Source: Planctomycetota bacterium
GTDB taxonomy: Bacteria > Planctomycetota > UBA8108 > SXIK01
Assembly: GCA_965223265.1 (NCBI GenBank)
Contig: OZ244999.1
Coordinates: 7,904,001-7,968,000, forward strand
Reading direction: 5' to 3'
DNA: 64,000 bases
The first letter of the stretch is position 1. Every line of letters starts with the position of its first letter. Shown piece by piece: positions 10,209 to 19,248 of this stretch. The position numbers were made by a program, and so were the translations under genes. The notes beneath the pieces were generated by a model. It saw only the letters and a program-made list of their open reading frames with translations, was not told the origin of the DNA and did not search any database.

Positions 10209-10778
10209 TCAATCCGGCAGCAGGTCGAGCTGCGCCGCGAGGGATGGATTGGCCGCATCCCTCGTCGACAGGATCGGATCGTTGAGCGGCCAGTCGATAT
10301 TGATGTCCGGATCGTCCCAGATCACGCCGAACTCGTCCCCGGGGGTGTAGAGGTCGGTACACTTGTACGCTACTTCAGCAGTTTCGCTGAGAACGCAGAA
10401 GCCGTGAACAAAGCCGGGCGGCACGTAGAGCTGGAGAAAGTTCTCGGCCGAGAGCTCAAAGCCGACCCACTTCTTGAACGTGGGCGAGCTTCGACGCACG
10501 TCAACAGCGACGTCGAAGATCGCCCCGCTGAGCGCCCGCACGAGCTTGCCTTGAGGTCGCTCGCGCTGAGCGTGCAAGCCGCGCAGCGTCCCGCGCTGCG
10601 AACGCGAATGATTGTCCTGCACGAAAGTCGCTTCAATGCCGCCGGCAGCGTATTTTTCGGCATGATAGGTCTCCAGAAAGAAGCCACGGTCGTCCCTGTA
10701 GACATCAGGCTCTACAAGGATGACTCCTTCCAGGTCGGTCGCTGCGAACTTCATCTCAGCCAACCTCTTCCTCGACAA
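10209..10778 (-). CDS. rfbC: dTDP-4-dehydrorhamnose 3,5-epimerase
   Basis: [46 protein letters not shown]. True start may be the internal MKFAAT. Confidence 0.95.
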   Translation of the reverse strand: MSRKRLAEMKFAATDLEGVILVEPDVYRDDRGFFLETYHAEKYAAGGIEATFVQDNHSRSQRGTLRGLHAQRERPQGKLVRALSGAIFDVAVDVRRSSPTFKKWVGFELSAENFLQLYVPPGFVHGFCVLSETAEVAYKCTDLYTPGDEFGVIWDDPDINIDWPLNDPILSTRDAANPSLAAQLDLLPD

Positions 10779-11634
10779 CCGTGAGCAGATACTGCCCGTA
10801 GTTGTTGTTCTTCATTTCCTGCGCGACTCGCAAGATCTGTTCACGATCGATGAAACCCATGCGCAGCGCGATCTCCTCGATACAGGCCACTTTGAGTCCC
10901 TGCCGCTCTTCGATCGCTTGAATGAACGTCGAGGCTTGAAGGAGCGACTCGTGCGTGCCTGTATCGAGCCATGCAATCCCGCGTCCCATGCGCTCGACTT
11001 GCAATTGGCCGCGATTGAGGTACTCGATGTTGACGTCCGTGATCTCCAGCTCACCGCGGGGGGACGGCTTGAGGTTCGCCGCGATATCGAGCACTTGGTT
11101 GTCGTAGAAGTAGAGCCCCGTGACCGCGAAGTGAGAACGCGGCGCTTGGGGTTTTTCTTCTAGGGAAACGGCGTTTCCCTCGGCATCGAATTCGACGACG
11201 CCGTAGCGCTCGGGGTCACTTACACGATAGCCGAAGACGGTGGCGCCGCTGCTGCGACCGGCGGCGCGCTGCAGGAGGTCGGCGAAACCGTGACCATAGA
11301 AGATATTGTCACCGAGCGCCAACGCGACCGAGTCATCACCGACGAACTCGCGTCCGATCAGAAACGCCTGTGCCAGCCCTTCCGGATTTGGCTGCACCGC
11401 GTAGCTCACCTCGATGCCGACGTCATGGCCGTCTCCGAGAAGGCGCTGAAACGAAGTCTGATCCTCCGGCGTCGTGATCACAAGGACGTCGCGGATGCCC
11501 GAAAGCATGAGTGTCGACAAGGGATAGTAAATCATCGGCTTGTCGTAGACCGGCACCAGCTGCTTGCTCACCCCTTTGGTGAGCGGAAAGAGGCGCGTCC
11601 CTGAGCCGCCCGCGAGAATGATTCCTTTCATCAT
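10756..11634 (-). CDS. rfbA: Glucose-1-phosphate thymidylyltransferase
   Basis: [57 protein letters not shown]. Confidence 0.97.
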   Translation of the reverse strand: MMKGIILAGGSGTRLFPLTKGVSKQLVPVYDKPMIYYPLSTLMLSGIRDVLVITTPEDQTSFQRLLGDGHDVGIEVSYAVQPNPEGLAQAFLIGREFVGDDSVALALGDNIFYGHGFADLLQRAAGRSSGATVFGYRVSDPERYGVVEFDAEGNAVSLEEKPQAPRSHFAVTGLYFYDNQVLDIAANLKPSPRGELEITDVNIEYLNRGQLQVERMGRGIAWLDTGTHESLLQASTFIQAIEERQGLKVACIEEIALRMGFIDREQILRVAQEMKNNNYGQYLLTVVEEEVG

Positions 11635-12803
11635 GAGACTCCGCTGAGTTCTTTTTCGTTTCTTGATTGAGTCGAGCTTGCAGTGCGCAGCGACGTGGAA
11701 CAGTCGGATTTGAGCTCGGCTTGACGCACGAGGCGAAACGCCTGCGATAGGTTCGACGCCAGCGGCATGGCTCGCAACAGTCCAGCAGACTCGAGCGCGC
11801 GCCGGCTGCTGCGGGACGGAGAGGCGACGCAGAAAGCGACGCCGCGTTGCCGCGCGGTCAGCAGGCCCGACACGAGCGCTGAGACCCCCGCAGAAGCCAT
11901 GTGCTCAACCTCGGAAAGCTCCACGATAACCGCTGGCGCCGTCGAAGTCAGCTGGGCGACGAGGGTCTTCGCGTCATCTAGAGTCGTCGCGTCGAGTGAA
12001 CCCCGAGCGCGCAAGATCCATGCGTCACAGCCCCGTGCTGGAGCGATATCGAGCCCGAGGCCGCCGCCGTGACTTGGCGCGACCGGCCGTGAAGGGCGCG
12101 GAAAGATGCTGCCGCCGCGGCGAAGGCGCCAGGCTATGAACCGCGACAGGGTGACGAGACCGTAGCAGCGGCCGCCAGGTCGCGTGGACCGGGCGCCGAT
12201 CGCGAAGCGAAGATCCGCGGCAGTGGAGCCTGGAAAGTCAGTGTAACAGCGTCCGATGGCGTCGAGGAAGTGACCGTCGGAGTTTCCTAGCCGCGCCAGG
12301 TCGCCAGCGTTACGCTCTGCCTTACGATTCGCGAACACCTCAGTGAAGTTCGAGTTCTTCGTCTCGATCGCGTCGAAGGGCAGCTCGTGAACCAGATCGC
12401 CAACGCCCACCAGTCCACTCCAGCGCAGCCAACTTGTGTACGGATGCGCGGCGACGGCGATTCCACCTTGCGCGTGGATCGCGCCGATCGTCTCGGCGGC
12501 GGACATACCAGGCGGGATTCTCTCGGAAAGAAAGAGCGCGAGCACATGACCGTCGCTCGACGACACTTCTTCCCCAACGATGATCTCGAGATCGCCGTAA
12601 ATTTCCGGATGTTGCGCAGCGAACTCCTTCGCATGCCGAGCACCATCGAGTGTGTCGTGGTCAGTGATGGCCAGAACGCGACAATCCGGCCGCAAGGCGT
12701 AGTAGTTGAGCACGTCTTCCGGCGCTGCAGTGCCGTCGCTGAACGTCGTGTGGATGTGCAGATCGGCTCGCGACCAGCCGCGGGGAAGAGTGTTTGGTGC
12801 CAT
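11631..12803 (-). CDS. PHP-family phosphoesterase fused to a C-terminal STAS (anti-sigma antagonist) domain
   Basis: DLHIHT, ITDHDT, GEEV, AAHP, NSDGH metal motifs; C-terminal RGSLD...[20 protein letters not shown] pattern; stop overlaps the rfbA start (ATGA). Start trimmed to ATG 12803. Confidence 0.8.
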   Translation of the reverse strand: MAPNTLPRGWSRADLHIHTTFSDGTAAPEDVLNYYALRPDCRVLAITDHDTLDGARHAKEFAAQHPEIYGDLEIIVGEEVSSSDGHVLALFLSERIPPGMSAAETIGAIHAQGGIAVAAHPYTSWLRWSGLVGVGDLVHELPFDAIETKNSNFTEVFANRKAERNAGDLARLGNSDGHFLDAIGRCYTDFPGSTAADLRFAIGARSTRPGGRCYGLVTLSRFIAWRLRRGGSIFPRPSRPVAPSHGGGLGLDIAPARGCDAWILRARGSLDATTLDDAKTLVAQLTSTAPAVIVELSEVEHMASAGVSALVSGLLTARQRGVAFCVASPSRSSRRALESAGLLRAMPLASNLSQAFRLVRQAELKSDCSTSLRTASSTQSRNEKELSGVS

Positions 12804-12904
12804 ATGAAGTGCGCCGGACGCGACGGCGTCCGAATGTTGTAGTGAGATTGCGAAAGGCGCTGCCGCGCTCAGCGCGCTGTGGCGGCAGAAATCGTGAGCA
12901 CGGC

Positions 12905-12920
12905 GCATTGAGCTTGCCAG
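12905..12920 (-). promoter_or_regulatory. Possible sigma54 -24/-12 promoter for PHP-STAS-rfbA-rfbC
   Basis: Minus strand CTGGCAAGCTCAATGC (GG-N10-GC), about 100 nt upstream of ATG 12803. Confidence 0.35.
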
Positions 12921-13296
12921 GCGGTTTCCTGCGGTCTGCGCGAGGGAGACACGCCGCAGATGAGACGGGGGGATTCGACGCGGCGGGGTCCACGTTTCTT
13001 CACGGTTTCGCCTTCGGTGGTCGGCGCCGAGAACAAAAGCCGCGAGTTTTTTCGGACGGTGGAGTGGCCCGCTTCGTTCGATGTCTATCGACTCCGACAG
13101 GCGGACTGGCCTGTCGAAAACCGCTGAAAAAGATCTTGCGGCCGAAAAACTACCCTTTCGCATCCGAGACCCGCGGGCTAGATCGGACGGCGGCGGCCAA
13201 ACTGAAAAGAAGGATGTGGAAAGCGTCGCGGTCCGGACCAGCAATCTGGGGCCAATTTGGTTCCCCCGAACCGCTCCGAAAGCGCAGACCCGCCCG

Positions 13297-14391
13297 CTAA
13301 ACCCCTGGTTCTTCCGTTAGGCCGAGACGCTCACGTCGATACTTGCCGCTCTGGACGTCGCCGCACCACTCGGCGTTCTCCAAGTACCACTGCACCGTGC
13401 GACGCATGCCTTCGTCGAAACCCCACCGCGGCGTCCATCCGAGCTCGTCGCGGATCTTCTGCGCATCGATCGCGTAGCGCCGGTCGTGGCCGGGTCGATC
13501 GGTGACGAACGTTTTCAAATCGACGTAAGACTTGAGGTTTCGTCCGCCGACGCGAGGATTCTCAGGCGCTGGTTTGAGCTCGTCGAGCAGCTCGCAGATT
13601 TTGTCGACAACCTGCAGATTGGTGCGTTCATTGCCGCCACCGATGTTGTATTTCTCACCGAGCCTACCGCGCTGCAGCGCCAGAAGTATTCCTTCGCAGT
13701 GATCCTCAACGTAGAGCCAATCACGCACGTTGCCGCCGTCGCCATAGATCGGCAACTGTTTCCCCTCGCACGCGTTCAGGATCATGAGCGGGATGAGCTT
13801 TTCGGGAAACTGGTAGGGCCCATAGTTGTTCGAGCAATTCGTGATGACGACAGGCAAGCCGTAGGTTTCGTGATAGGCGCGCACGAAATGGTCAGCCGCC
13901 GCCTTCGATGCTGAGTAGGGCGAGTTTGGAGCATAGGGCGTGGTTTCAGAAAAGAGTCCAGTGTCGCCGAGGCTGCCGTAAACTTCGTCCGTCGAAACAT
14001 GAAGAAAGCGGAAGTCGTTGGCGCTCTTCCCGCCGCCCGACGCGAGGTAGCTCCGTGACACTTCGAGAAGCTCGAACGTGCCGCCGACGTTCGTCGTCAA
14101 GAACGCGCGCGGCCCGTCAATCGAACGATCGACGTGCGATTCCGCGGCGAAGTTCACGACACTCGTCGGACGCGTTTCGCGAAAAACGGATTCCATGGCG
14201 GCGCGGTCCGTGATATCCGCCTCGACAAATCGAAAGCGCGGCGTGTTGGCGACGTCCTTGAGACTGGCTAGGTTGCCCGCGTAGGTCAAACAATCGACGA
14301 TGACGACGTTCGCATCGGTGTGGGCCAAGACATGGCGGACAAAATTCGAGCCGATAAACCCGGCGCCACCCGTAACGATCATCGTTTCCAT
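13297..14391 (-). CDS. rfbB: dTDP-glucose 4,6-dehydratase
   Basis: [50 protein letters not shown]. Confidence 0.97.
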   Translation of the reverse strand: METMIVTGGAGFIGSNFVRHVLAHTDANVVIVDCLTYAGNLASLKDVANTPRFRFVEADITDRAAMESVFRETRPTSVVNFAAESHVDRSIDGPRAFLTTNVGGTFELLEVSRSYLASGGGKSANDFRFLHVSTDEVYGSLGDTGLFSETTPYAPNSPYSASKAAADHFVRAYHETYGLPVVITNCSNNYGPYQFPEKLIPLMILNACEGKQLPIYGDGGNVRDWLYVEDHCEGILLALQRGRLGEKYNIGGGNERTNLQVVDKICELLDELKPAPENPRVGGRNLKSYVDLKTFVTDRPGHDRRYAIDAQKIRDELGWTPRWGFDEGMRRTVQWYLENAEWCGDVQSGKYRRERLGLTEEPGV

Positions 14392-14687
14392 GCAATCGTG
14401 CTCCTACTAGCTCCGCGAAAGACGCCCGGCTCGTGCTGCGTCACGTCGACGCGCCCGCAGAGTAACGGAGCGGGTGTGCCGGAGCAAGCCGATCCTACCA
14501 CACCGCACGCAGAGGCGCCGCCGACCCGTTCGCGGTGGAGCGGTCGCGCCGTCGTTGATCGCGACCGCGCCTGGCTTTTTTTCGCATTGAACTCACACAA
14601 GATTTCGTATCGTGTCGTCGCGAGGAGCTTGACGACTCGACCCGAGGTGTGCTTCCTGCACAGTAAAGATCGCGTCGGCAGTCCTAG

Positions 14688-14853
14688 CCGTCTGACGAGA
14701 GCGTGCTTTGAGCTGAAGACCGGTCGCTTCGCGTCCAGATCTGCCGGCGCGAACGCAGGTCATCTCCGAGCCCTCTTCTGTAAGGCATTTGGCGGGGCTC
14801 GCCGCCGCGGGAAAAGGCCGGTTGTCAGCCCATGCCCTTTTTTCAACGGGCTG
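14688..14853. mobile_element. Degenerate 166-bp MITE-like element (same family as 39729-39797)
   Basis: Left part CCGTCTGACGAGAGCGTGCTTTGAGCTGAAGACCGGTCGCTTCG aligns without gaps to the 39729 element; right end TTTTTCAACGGGCTG is identical; flanks CTAG/ATAG. Confidence 0.65.
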
Positions 14854-14857
14854 ATAG

Positions 14858-15110
14858 CTCGAGTTTGGCCATTTCGCGCCGGCCTGGCCGGACGAGTTTC
14901 GCGGGAATTCAAAGGCCCATTCGACTTTTTAGTACCCTGAGAACCCTTGTGCATGTTCAAAAACTCCTGTCCGGCCCTTCGGGGAACGCCAGGAGCGCCG
15001 ATGCCTGCGCCCGTCCTCCGCCACGATCGCAGCGGGATCGCGTTGTCGTCGCTCCTTGGCCTCGACGCTCCTGGCGTTCCCAGGCTCGACGCGAAATGGC
15101 CAAACTCGAG
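14858..15110. mobile_element. 253-bp MITE-like element with perfect 21-bp terminal inverted repeats
   Basis: CTCGAGTTTGGCCATTTCGCG (14858-14878) / CGCGAAATGGCCAAACTCGAG (15090-15110); internal perfect 16-bp inverted repeat 14982-14997/15066-15081. Confidence 0.7.
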
Positions 15111-15208
15111 GCTAGCGCTGGCCACGGCGCGACTTACGGTGCCGCTGTAGGAATCTTGCGAGAAGTGGGGGTTGAACTTGCTCGACGCTGCGTCATAACG
15201 AGAGATCC

Positions 15209-17263
15209 ATGAGTTCCCAACACCACACAAACCCGTACGGCCTGGCGTATCAGCCGAATGCGCGCCCGGAGAACTACAACGTCGTGGTGATCGCCATCGA
15301 CGACCTTCGTGCCGATCACCTCTCGGCGAACGGATACGGGCGCGAAACGACGCCGCACCTCAAACACCGCCTGGCCGACGCAACTCGATTCACCAACTGT
15401 CACTCGCCCGTCGGCTGGACGCTTCCCGGCTGCGCTTCGATCATCACCGGGCATCTACCGGACGATCATGGTTTAGTCGACCACAACCATAAGTTCGCCA
15501 AACCGAAGATCGGCCACTACCTAGGCGACGACTACTTTCGCGTCGCGATAACGAACAACGGCAACACCGTCAGCGATCAGATCGACCGCGAGACACTCGA
15601 ACGCCTCGGTCTCAAACGCCGGCCGGCGAAGTGGAAGTTCTTCGACTGGAACAGCGGTTTCGACGAGTTTCACTGGTTTCCGCGAGAAGACTACCTGCAA
15701 CCGTTCGAACGTGCCAACGAGCTCCTCGAACGATTCACTGCCGCGGAGTTTGATCGACCGTGGTTTCTTTTTTTTCACACCAACGTCGTTCATGACTACC
15801 ACATGCATCGCCAGTGTTACCTCGACGGCGCGCGCTGGCTCGACGCACCGATCGACCCATCGCTTCACGTTTTCCGCGACGGTCCGGAGGTTTGGCGTGA
15901 ACCGCCGTCCGCGCTCGGCCCGCGGCGTCTTCACGAACAGATCGTCGCCAAGTACGACGGTGGCATTCGTTTCATGGACGAAAAGGTCAACGACATCCTC
16001 TCGCGCGTGAACTTCGACGACACCCTTGTCATTTTTACGAGTGATCATGGCGAGGGATTCGACCCGGAGCACGGCCGCGTGCATCACTGCGGGCGACTGC
16101 ACAGCGATCTGACCTACGTTCCACTCATCGTCTGGCTGCCTCCTGCGCTGAGGCAGCGTTTTGAGCCGCCCGCGACAGAGGAGCGTTTCTGCTCCACGAT
16201 CGACATCACACCGACGCTGCTGACACTGCTCGGCGACGCGGTTGCGGGATTTCCAGGCAGTTTCCTCTTCGATTTGCCGACGCATCGTCGACTCGAGGGC
16301 TGCGACCGCGGCTACATCTATTGGAACGAAGACTGCTTGCGAGAGAGCTATGACACGTGCCGCATTGAGATTCGCTCGGAGCTCACCTATCCGCTCAAGA
16401 GGATCGCCGCGCGGAAGAACGACACGGTGCGCGAGTCGGTCTACAATCTCGCTTACGATCCGCTCGAACATCACAACCTCGTCGACCCGGCGCTAACGCC
16501 AAGCCAATCGGTAGAATCGATCAGCTTCGTCGTCGTCGTCAACGACTTCGAGGAGCTGCGCAACAACCTCTTGAGTAGCCCCATCGTGCACAGCGACCGT
16601 CACCAATGGGTGATTGTTGACAATCGTGACAACCGGCGTTCGACAAGTATTTCGCAGCTCTACCACGAGGCCCTTGTGGACGCCGATCATGACCTCGTTT
16701 TCTTCATGCACCAAGACGTCTATTTGCCGCATGGCTGGGAATCGCGCACCGCGGCAGCGCTGCAGGACCTCGAGGACATGGATGCCCGCTGGGGTGTGAT
16801 CGGCGCTGTCGGCGCGTGTCCGCCGATCACGGGCGAGTCCAAGCAGCTCCGGGGTCGGTGGTGTGATCCGAGCGGCTACCACTTCGACGGACCCCTGCCG
16901 CACGAGGTGCAGGCACTCGACGAGCAATGGATCGGAGTCCGCAAGAGCCGCGGCATCACCTTCGATGCGAACCTTCCCGGATTCCACTGCTACGGTATCG
17001 ACATCTCCCTCAGCGCGCGCAGCCGCGGTTTGAAGAGCTACGCCATTGACTCGTTCGTATGGCATAAGTTTCGTGACGCAAGCGGTCGGCTCGTCGGCGG
17101 GCGCGCAGACTCTCCTAAGATCCAACGGCGCTGGTCGCGCGAGTTCATGGCTGAATTCATGCCCTCCGCCGACTTCGTCAGGCAAAAATGGCGCAAATAC
17201 CTTCCCTTCCAGACGACGTCTTGGAACTGGGACGCCGACTCCTCGGCAGCCCGGTCTTCCTGA
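15209..17263 (+). CDS. Sulfatase-like (AlkP superfamily) domain fused to a C-terminal GT2-like glycosyltransferase
   Basis: IDDLRADHL.ANGY.RETTP, WTLPGCASIITG, YDG.I.FMD, FTSDHGE; C-terminal ISFVVVVN...FMHQDVYLP...GFHCYG.D. Confidence 0.8.
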   Translation: MSSQHHTNPYGLAYQPNARPENYNVVVIAIDDLRADHLSANGYGRETTPHLKHRLADATRFTNCHSPVGWTLPGCASIITGHLPDDHGLVDHNHKFAKPKIGHYLGDDYFRVAITNNGNTVSDQIDRETLERLGLKRRPAKWKFFDWNSGFDEFHWFPREDYLQPFERANELLERFTAAEFDRPWFLFFHTNVVHDYHMHRQCYLDGARWLDAPIDPSLHVFRDGPEVWREPPSALGPRRLHEQIVAKYDGGIRFMDEKVNDILSRVNFDDTLVIFTSDHGEGFDPEHGRVHHCGRLHSDLTYVPLIVWLPPALRQRFEPPATEERFCSTIDITPTLLTLLGDAVAGFPGSFLFDLPTHRRLEGCDRGYIYWNEDCLRESYDTCRIEIRSELTYPLKRIAARKNDTVRESVYNLAYDPLEHHNLVDPALTPSQSVESISFVVVVNDFEELRNNLLSSPIVHSDRHQWVIVDNRDNRRSTSISQLYHEALVDADHDLVFFMHQDVYLPHGWESRTAAALQDLEDMDARWGVIGAVGACPPITGESKQLRGRWCDPSGYHFDGPLPHEVQALDEQWIGVRKSRGITFDANLPGFHCYGIDISLSARSRGLKSYAIDSFVWHKFRDASGRLVGGRADSPKIQRRWSREFMAEFMPSADFVRQKWRKYLPFQTTSWNWDADSSAARSS

Positions 17264-18033
17264 TCGGCTGCGCACGCTCGGGCACATCGATCTTGGGTGA
17301 AGCCCTCGCCGCGCAGGAGCGGGTCGCGTACCTCTTTGAAGCCAGCCGCATCTGGAACGAGCTGGTGCCACCACGCGGCGATCATCGCCTCGAGGCAGCA
17401 GACGCGACCGCCGAGGTAGCGCCGACGATCTATCACGCTCTCGCTGACGCCCGCCAGGAACTTGCTGGCGATCTCTTCGTCGAGAAGAATCCGAAGCACG
17501 TGATCCGGATCCCGTTTCTCCGCGCGCTCTTTCCGGCGGCGCGATTCGTTCACATCATCCGTGACGGCCGTGATTGCGTCGCCTCGCTCATGTTCCGCAA
17601 CCGCGGCTCGACATGGGGACACCTGGAGATTCCCGGTTGGCAGGATCTACTCGCTCGCTACCCGAAGGAGAATCACATCCGCTGTGCTCATCAGTGGCGC
17701 TTCGCAGTCGAGACCGCACGCGCCGACGCCGCAGCTCTCGATCGCGATGCGTACCTCGAGGTGCGCTACGAAGCACTCGTGTCGCATCCGGCGGCCACGG
17801 TGGGCTCCGCGCTTCGATTCATGGGTCTCGACACGACACACGACGTGACCAAGTTCCTAGCGAAGATACAGAACGAAACCGCTGGCAGCTACCACGCCAA
17901 GAAACAGGTGCGACACTACGTCGAAAACCACAAGCTCCGGGTGGGCCGCTATGCGGAAAACCTCTCCGCGGCTCAGCTGCGCGACGTTACCGACGTCTGT
18001 GGCGACCTTCTGGCTACCCTCGGATACGAATGA
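17188..18033 (+). CDS. PAPS-dependent sulfotransferase (Sulfotransfer_3-like)
   Basis: FLIGCARSGTSIL (5'-PSB loop), VEKNP, FVHIIRDGRDCVAS (3'-PB), VRYEALV. Start is ATG 17188 or TTG 17221; overlaps the upstream gene. Confidence 0.88.
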   Translation: MAQIPSLPDDVLELGRRLLGSPVFLIGCARSGTSILGEALAAQERVAYLFEASRIWNELVPPRGDHRLEAADATAEVAPTIYHALADARQELAGDLFVEKNPKHVIRIPFLRALFPAARFVHIIRDGRDCVASLMFRNRGSTWGHLEIPGWQDLLARYPKENHIRCAHQWRFAVETARADAAALDRDAYLEVRYEALVSHPAATVGSALRFMGLDTTHDVTKFLAKIQNETAGSYHAKKQVRHYVENHKLRVGRYAENLSAAQLRDVTDVCGDLLATLGYE

Positions 18034-18064
18034 GTGAGAACGATCGATCCTTCGGCGCATTGCT

Positions 18065-19219
18065 ATGACTGAGCCTGTCTCAACACTTCACATCAACACT
18101 GAGCCGACGTGGCGTGGCGGCGAACAGCAGACGCTTTACCTTCTGCGCGGCCTCGTCGCACGCGGTCACCCGGTGTCTCTCTGCGCCCAGAAAGGCAGCC
18201 CCATGGCGACTCGCGCCCGGGAAGCCGGCATTTCCACGCAGGAGCTGCGCATGCGCGGCGAGGTCGACGTTGTGGCGGTCATCAAACTGGCACGGGAAAT
18301 GAGGCGACGCCGACCAGACCTCGTGCACTTTCATACCTCACACGCGCACAGCTTAGGCGCCCTCGCGGCGAGCTTGCTGGGACGCCGTCGTCCAAAGACT
18401 CTGCTGACGCGTCGCGTCGACTTCTCAATCTACCGCCACTCCTTTCTCGGGCTCAATCATCTCAAGTATCGCGGCGTCGACCACATCGTCGCGATCAGTC
18501 GCGCCATTCGCGATGTACTTCTGGCCGACGGCATCGCGGCCGAACGGATCGACTGTGTGTCGAGCGGGATTGACCCAGAGCGTTTCAATGGTGTTGCGCC
18601 GTGCGACCTCCGCGCCGAACTCGGAGTTCCAGCGGAGACGAAACTCATCGTCAACGTCGCCTTCTTCGCCGATCACAAAGGCCAACGCTATCTCGTCGAA
18701 GCTGCGCCCAACATCCTGTCCGAGTTTCCACAGTGCGCCATTTGCTTGGTCGGCGATGGCGGTCTGCGGCCGCAGCTCATGCAGCTCGCCAAAGATCTTG
18801 GTGTCGCCGAGCGTGTGTTCTTCCCCGGATTTCGCCGGGATGTGCCCGAGATTCTCAAGGCCGCGGACATCTACGCTATGCCGAGCCACAAGGAGGGACT
18901 CGGCACCGCGATTCTCGATGCACTGATTTGCCGACTTCCGGTCGTCGCGACCCGAGCTGGTGGGATTCCAGAGATCGTCCACGATGGAGTCAACGGCTTC
19001 CTCGTGCCGGCTCGAGACAGCGTCGCGCTTGGGGACGCGCTCCTGCGTCTCCTTCGCGACCCGGCGCTGGCGGCCGCTATGGGAGATGAGGGACCGCGGA
19101 TCGTCGCCTCCGAGTACACGGTCGATGCGATGGTCGAAGGCAATCTGGCCGTGTACGCAAAGCTCCTCAACCGCGATCGCGGCGCAGAGAGTGTGGCCGC
19201 CGCCCACAAGCGAGAGTGA
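18065..19219 (+). CDS. Glycosyltransferase family 4
   Basis: WRGGEQQ, KGQRYL, PGFRRDV, PSHKEGLGTAILDA, GGIPEIV. Confidence 0.92.
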   Translation: MTEPVSTLHINTEPTWRGGEQQTLYLLRGLVARGHPVSLCAQKGSPMATRAREAGISTQELRMRGEVDVVAVIKLAREMRRRRPDLVHFHTSHAHSLGALAASLLGRRRPKTLLTRRVDFSIYRHSFLGLNHLKYRGVDHIVAISRAIRDVLLADGIAAERIDCVSSGIDPERFNGVAPCDLRAELGVPAETKLIVNVAFFADHKGQRYLVEAAPNILSEFPQCAICLVGDGGLRPQLMQLAKDLGVAERVFFPGFRRDVPEILKAADIYAMPSHKEGLGTAILDALICRLPVVATRAGGIPEIVHDGVNGFLVPARDSVALGDALLRLLRDPALAAAMGDEGPRIVASEYTVDAMVEGNLAVYAKLLNRDRGAESVAAAHKRE

Positions 19220-19248
19220 ACGGAGGAGTGCCCGGGCGCGACGGGAGG

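Noticed and set aside
12804-13244. N-terminal 147-aa extension of the PHP-STAS ORF
   Set aside because: Low-complexity translation over hairpins and repeat remnants; homology begins at 12803.
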